From an uncultured Gemmatimonadaceae bacterium (GTDB lineage Bacteria > Gemmatimonadota > Gemmatimonadetes > Gemmatimonadales > Gemmatimonadaceae), in assembly GCA_963817955.1 (NCBI GenBank), contig CAWFQK010000002.1:160001-224000 (forward strand): a stretch of 64,000 bases of DNA, given 5' to 3'. A program made the position numbers and the translations under genes. The notes below the pieces were generated by a model. That model saw only the letters and a list, made by a program, of their open reading frames with translations. It made no database searches and was not told the DNA's origin. Shown here one piece after another: positions 60,760 through 64,000 of the stretch. Within the stretch, counting starts at the first letter, position 1. Each line of letters starts with the position of its first letter.

Positions 60760-63435
60760 CTACCGAATTGCCGCGTCTTTCCGGTAGTAATCTCCAAGCA
60801 GATGTTCGGCGAAATACTCGAACATCAAATGATTCGTGTACGGCGTCATATCCCCGTACGAGTGCGGCTTGCCCGGCAGCATCATGAAGTCGAATCGCTT
60901 GTTCGCCTTGATGAGGGCTTGCACGAGACGAATGGTATTGGCCGGGTGGACGTTGTTGTCCATGTCACCAGTCTCGAGGAGCAGGTTGCCCTTGAGATTG
61001 GCTGCCAGTTCCACCGTCGTCGGCACGCGAATCTGAAACGTGTCGACGCTGTCGTCGGCGGCGATCGAGCCATCGACGAGCGCGGACGCGCTCACTGCTC
61101 CGCCATTCCCGCCGCGGCCAGCGCCGTTCCCATTCCCGTCCCGCGGCCCGCCCGGCGCCGCGCCGGCCTGGACCACTCCCCCTCGGCCTGGCGCTTTCGC
61201 GACGATCTTCAGGCCGTGGTACTGCTCGCTCCAGTTCTCATTGTAAATATTGTTGTCATGATTTCCTGATTCGCTCACGCCCACCTTGAAGAACTCGTTG
61301 TAGGGCGGCAGCAGCATCGCCGTGGCGGTCAGGAACCCGCCGCCCGAGTGGCCGTAGATGCCGACGCGGTCGATGTCGATCCACTTGTGCCGCGCCGCGA
61401 GCTGCTCGATGCCGGTCTTCTTGTCGGCCAGGGCGTAGTCGCGAAGGTTGTAGTAGCTGAACCCCTGGTACTCCTGCGAGCGCTGCGGGCTTCCGCCACG
61501 GTTGCCGATCTGGATCACGATGAAGCCGAGCTGCGCGAGCTGCTGCGGCACCGCCGTCGGCGAGAAGGTGAAATTCACCGACTCCGTCTGCGGGCCCGGA
61601 TACACGTTGGCAATGATCGGGTACGTCTTCGTCGAATCGAAGTCGAATGGCCGCCACAGGTTGCCGTAGATGTCGGTGACGCCGTCCGCGGCCTTCGTGT
61701 GGAAGGTCTCCGGCGCACGCCAGCCGAGCTCCTTGAGGCGCGACACGTCCATGGTTTCCAGATCCATCACGATCTTGCCGGTCGCGTCGCGCAGCACGGC
61801 TTTCGGCACGAGATCGATCCGCGAATAGTTGTCCACCAGCCATCGCTTGTTGGACGAGAGCCGCGAATCGTGTGATGCGTCGCCGTTGTCGAGCATGGCG
61901 AAGCCGGTGCCGTCGAGATTCACGCGATACGTGTGCGTGTAGTACGGATTCTCGGCCGGCTCGCGTCCCACCGCCGTGAAGAACAACACGCCCTTGACCG
62001 AGTCGACGTCCACAATACGCTCGGCGCGCCACGCGCCGGCGGTCAACGGCCGCTTCAGATGGCCTGCGTTGTCGTAGAGGTAGTAATGGCCCCAGCCGGT
62101 ACGCTCCGACCACCAGATCATGTCGCCACCCGATTTCACGTAGCGGACATTCTGGCGTTCACTCGAGTTGTTCTCGATGTCCTCGCGCAGCAGCGCTGTC
62201 GTCGTCTGCGACGGCAACTCCACGTCGAGCAGCTCGAAATGACGCTGCGTCCGGTCGCGCCGGACCATGCGCAAATGATCGCTGCCCTTTCCGTTCCAGT
62301 GCAGGTCGAATAGCCGTTGGTCCTTCCACTTCTTGATGTTCACCGGCGTGAGCTTCGTCTCGCCGGCCTTGTACACGTACAGCTCTTCCTGCCCGACATT
62401 ATCCTCGCCAGGCATGGCGTAGCTGTAGCTCATCAGCTCCGGACGCGGGCTCGCCGTATTGTTGACGAGGTACAGCTCCTTCACCTTGCGCATGTCCATG
62501 CGCGTCACCGCGAATCCTTTGTTGTCGGGCGACCAGGTGACGCTGGCGCGTACCCGCGGATCGCGATTCACCGCCCCACGGCCCCCGCCACCACCGCCGC
62601 CGCCGCCCTGCTCATCCTGCAGGTTCTGTCCCTGCAGCGTGAGCTCCTGCTGCTGCCGCTCCTGGAGCGTATCGCGCGCGCCAAAGCTGTAGTTCTTCGC
62701 GCCGTCCTTCGTGAGTTGGACGGTGTCCTTCGTTGCCACTTTCACGACGTACAGGTTATGGTCGCGCGCAAACGCGAACATGCTGCTGTCCGGCGAATAG
62801 TTGTGGAAGTCATTGCCGCCGCGACCGCCGCCCTGGCCACCACCACCCCCGGCCGCACCGCCGCGTCCTCCGGCATTTCCGCCGCAGGTGTTGAGCGTGT
62901 CAGGCGGTGTGGCGGCCGCGGCACTATCGCCGTTCGCTGCCGCACCGCGACCTCCGCGTCCCGCACCTGTGGACGCCGGCCCCAGTCGCTTCAACACTTC
63001 GGTGCCAACATCCCACTGCCAACGCGAGCTGTCGGCCGTGAACGTGAAGTCCTTCCGATCCTTGGAGAATGTGATCGCGTTGAACGGCAGGTTCTGCGGA
63101 TCGTGCGAGTGGTGGCTCAGGTCGGAGAGTTGTGAAGCCAGCTTCACCTGATCGAACAGCGGCTTTTTCGTTTTCGTCGTCGGTACGACGAGATAGAACG
63201 TGGACCCGCTGTGATCCTTCCAGTCGTAGCAGAGCGAATCGCTCTGCCCCAGCCAGTGGGGGTTGACGGACGCGGTGTACAGCCGCGAGCGAAGGTTGGC
63301 CGCGGAGAATTTATCGGACAATTCCCAATTGGCCTTGTTCGCCTGCCCCTGCGCCAGAAGCGTGAGGGCGGGCAACGCCAGGAATACGGCTGCGACACGC
63401 AAGGCGCGTCCCGCCGCCGTCGATTGATGAGACAT
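60760..63435 (-). CDS. S9B dipeptidyl-peptidase IV-like secreted peptidase
   Basis: Signal peptide, ERTGWGHYYL, VYPGPQ, GIYGHSGGG, GDMDNNVHP, GKPHSY. Confidence 0.93.
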   Translation of the reverse strand: MSHQSTAAGRALRVAAVFLALPALTLLAQGQANKANWELSDKFSAANLRSRLYTASVNPHWLGQSDSLCYDWKDHSGSTFYLVVPTTKTKKPLFDQVKLASQLSDLSHHSHDPQNLPFNAITFSKDRKDFTFTADSSRWQWDVGTEVLKRLGPASTGAGRGGRGAAANGDSAAAATPPDTLNTCGGNAGGRGGAAGGGGGQGGGRGGNDFHNYSPDSSMFAFARDHNLYVVKVATKDTVQLTKDGAKNYSFGARDTLQERQQQELTLQGQNLQDEQGGGGGGGGGRGAVNRDPRVRASVTWSPDNKGFAVTRMDMRKVKELYLVNNTASPRPELMSYSYAMPGEDNVGQEELYVYKAGETKLTPVNIKKWKDQRLFDLHWNGKGSDHLRMVRRDRTQRHFELLDVELPSQTTTALLREDIENNSSERQNVRYVKSGGDMIWWSERTGWGHYYLYDNAGHLKRPLTAGAWRAERIVDVDSVKGVLFFTAVGREPAENPYYTHTYRVNLDGTGFAMLDNGDASHDSRLSSNKRWLVDNYSRIDLVPKAVLRDATGKIVMDLETMDVSRLKELGWRAPETFHTKAADGVTDIYGNLWRPFDFDSTKTYPIIANVYPGPQTESVNFTFSPTAVPQQLAQLGFIVIQIGNRGGSPQRSQEYQGFSYYNLRDYALADKKTGIEQLAARHKWIDIDRVGIYGHSGGGFLTATAMLLPPYNEFFKVGVSESGNHDNNIYNENWSEQYHGLKIVAKAPGRGGVVQAGAAPGGPRDGNGNGAGRGGNGGAVSASALVDGSIAADDSVDTFQIRVPTTVELAANLKGNLLLETGDMDNNVHPANTIRLVQALIKANKRFDFMMLPGKPHSYGDMTPYTNHLMFEYFAEHLLGDYYRKDAAIR

Positions 63436-63573
63436 GCAGAGCTCTCCCAACGAGGAGGTATGTGGAGGTGAGGGGGAGAGGAGAGGAGAGGAGAGGCAAG
63501 AGGGGCCCGCGCACTTCAGCGGCCCCTACAGATTTGCAGCACGGCACGGCTCGGCGGAAGGGCCAAGCGACGT

Positions 63574-64000
63574 TTAGCGTCGCGCTTCGATCTCTTGGGT
63601 CCGCGCCGTGGACGTTTCGTCCTCATCGGGGGCGATTTGAACCACGATCGCCGTGATGTTGTCGAGCCCGCCACGCCCGTTTGCCTCGGAAATGAGCGCG
63701 TGAACCTTGCGTTCCGGCTCGGCGCGCGACAAGAGCAGCATTTGCAGGCGGCGATCGTCCACCATACCGGTAAGCCCGTCACTGGCTACGAGGAACAGGT
63801 CGCCCAGCCGCACATCGCCCTGATAGACGTCGGGCTCCACCTCGGGGCTGGCGCCCACACAGCGTGTGATCACGTTGCTGTAGGGATGATACCGCGCCTG
63901 CTCCGGCGTGAGAAAGCCGGCGTCGACCTGCTCCTGCACGTAGGAGTGGTCCTTGGTGATCTGGTGCAGCGCGCCATCACGCAACAAGTACACACGCGAG
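63574..64000 (-). CDS. PP2C-family Ser/Thr phosphatase (Stp1/PrpC-like), 5' end outside the window
   Basis: SRVYLLR, TKDHSYVQ, NVITRCVG, ASDGLTG, GGLDNIT. Confidence 0.92.
   Translation of the reverse strand, partial: SRVYLLRDGALHQITKDHSYVQEQVDAGFLTPEQARYHPYSNVITRCVGASPEVEPDVYQGDVRLGDLFLVASDGLTGMVDDRRLQMLLLSRAEPERKVHALISEANGRGGLDNITAIVVQIAPDEDETSTARTQEIEARR

Noticed and set aside
63574..64000. PP2C as the cognate phosphatase of the STAS switch
   Set aside because: It is 23 kb away and looks like the Stp1/PrpC type usually paired with Hanks kinases; no evidence of linkage.

Overview
A GC-rich bacterial chromosomal window. The 16S rRNA 5' region and the gene content point to Gemmatimonadota (probably Gemmatimonadaceae); this is an inference, as no classifier was run. 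Most of the window is core genome: an MdtA/MdtBC-type RND pair, a 16S rRNA plus tRNA-Ile with no adjacent 23S, typA, pilT, CDF and CNNM metal transporters, DUF58-BatA-mfd-PPIase-surA-pdxA-M28, a long lepA...ftsEX-envC run, nfo, a CzcCBA-like RND system plus a NiCoT permease, maeB, pckA, an HD hydrolase, an S9 peptidase and a PP2C phosphatase. Several conserved genes (mfd, lepA, waaF-like, ROK kinase, PfkB, maeB, pckA) are broken by clustered indels that look like long-read consensus errors rather than real pseudogenes. No CRISPR array, transposase, integrase or prophage was seen. Top candidates: (1) a DUF2946/CruR/CutF-like leader ORF with His/CxxC and a terminal RAPP arrest motif, whose stop codon sits in an RNA hairpin just upstream of the heavy-metal RND operon and a Ni/Co permease; (2) a STAS-GHKL kinase plus STAS-wHTH pair inside a housekeeping run; (3) a tandem Sm/Hfq-like protein upstream of a PilT with a duplicated N-domain; (4) an unlinked 16S gene whose tRNA-Ile has its own promoter and terminator; (5) a dispersed non-coding element present twice, 50 kb apart; (6) a membrane-anchored BTAD activator with 11-bp phased repeats facing a divergent lipoprotein gene; (7) a ~60% Asp/Glu microprotein between typA and the rRNA promoter.
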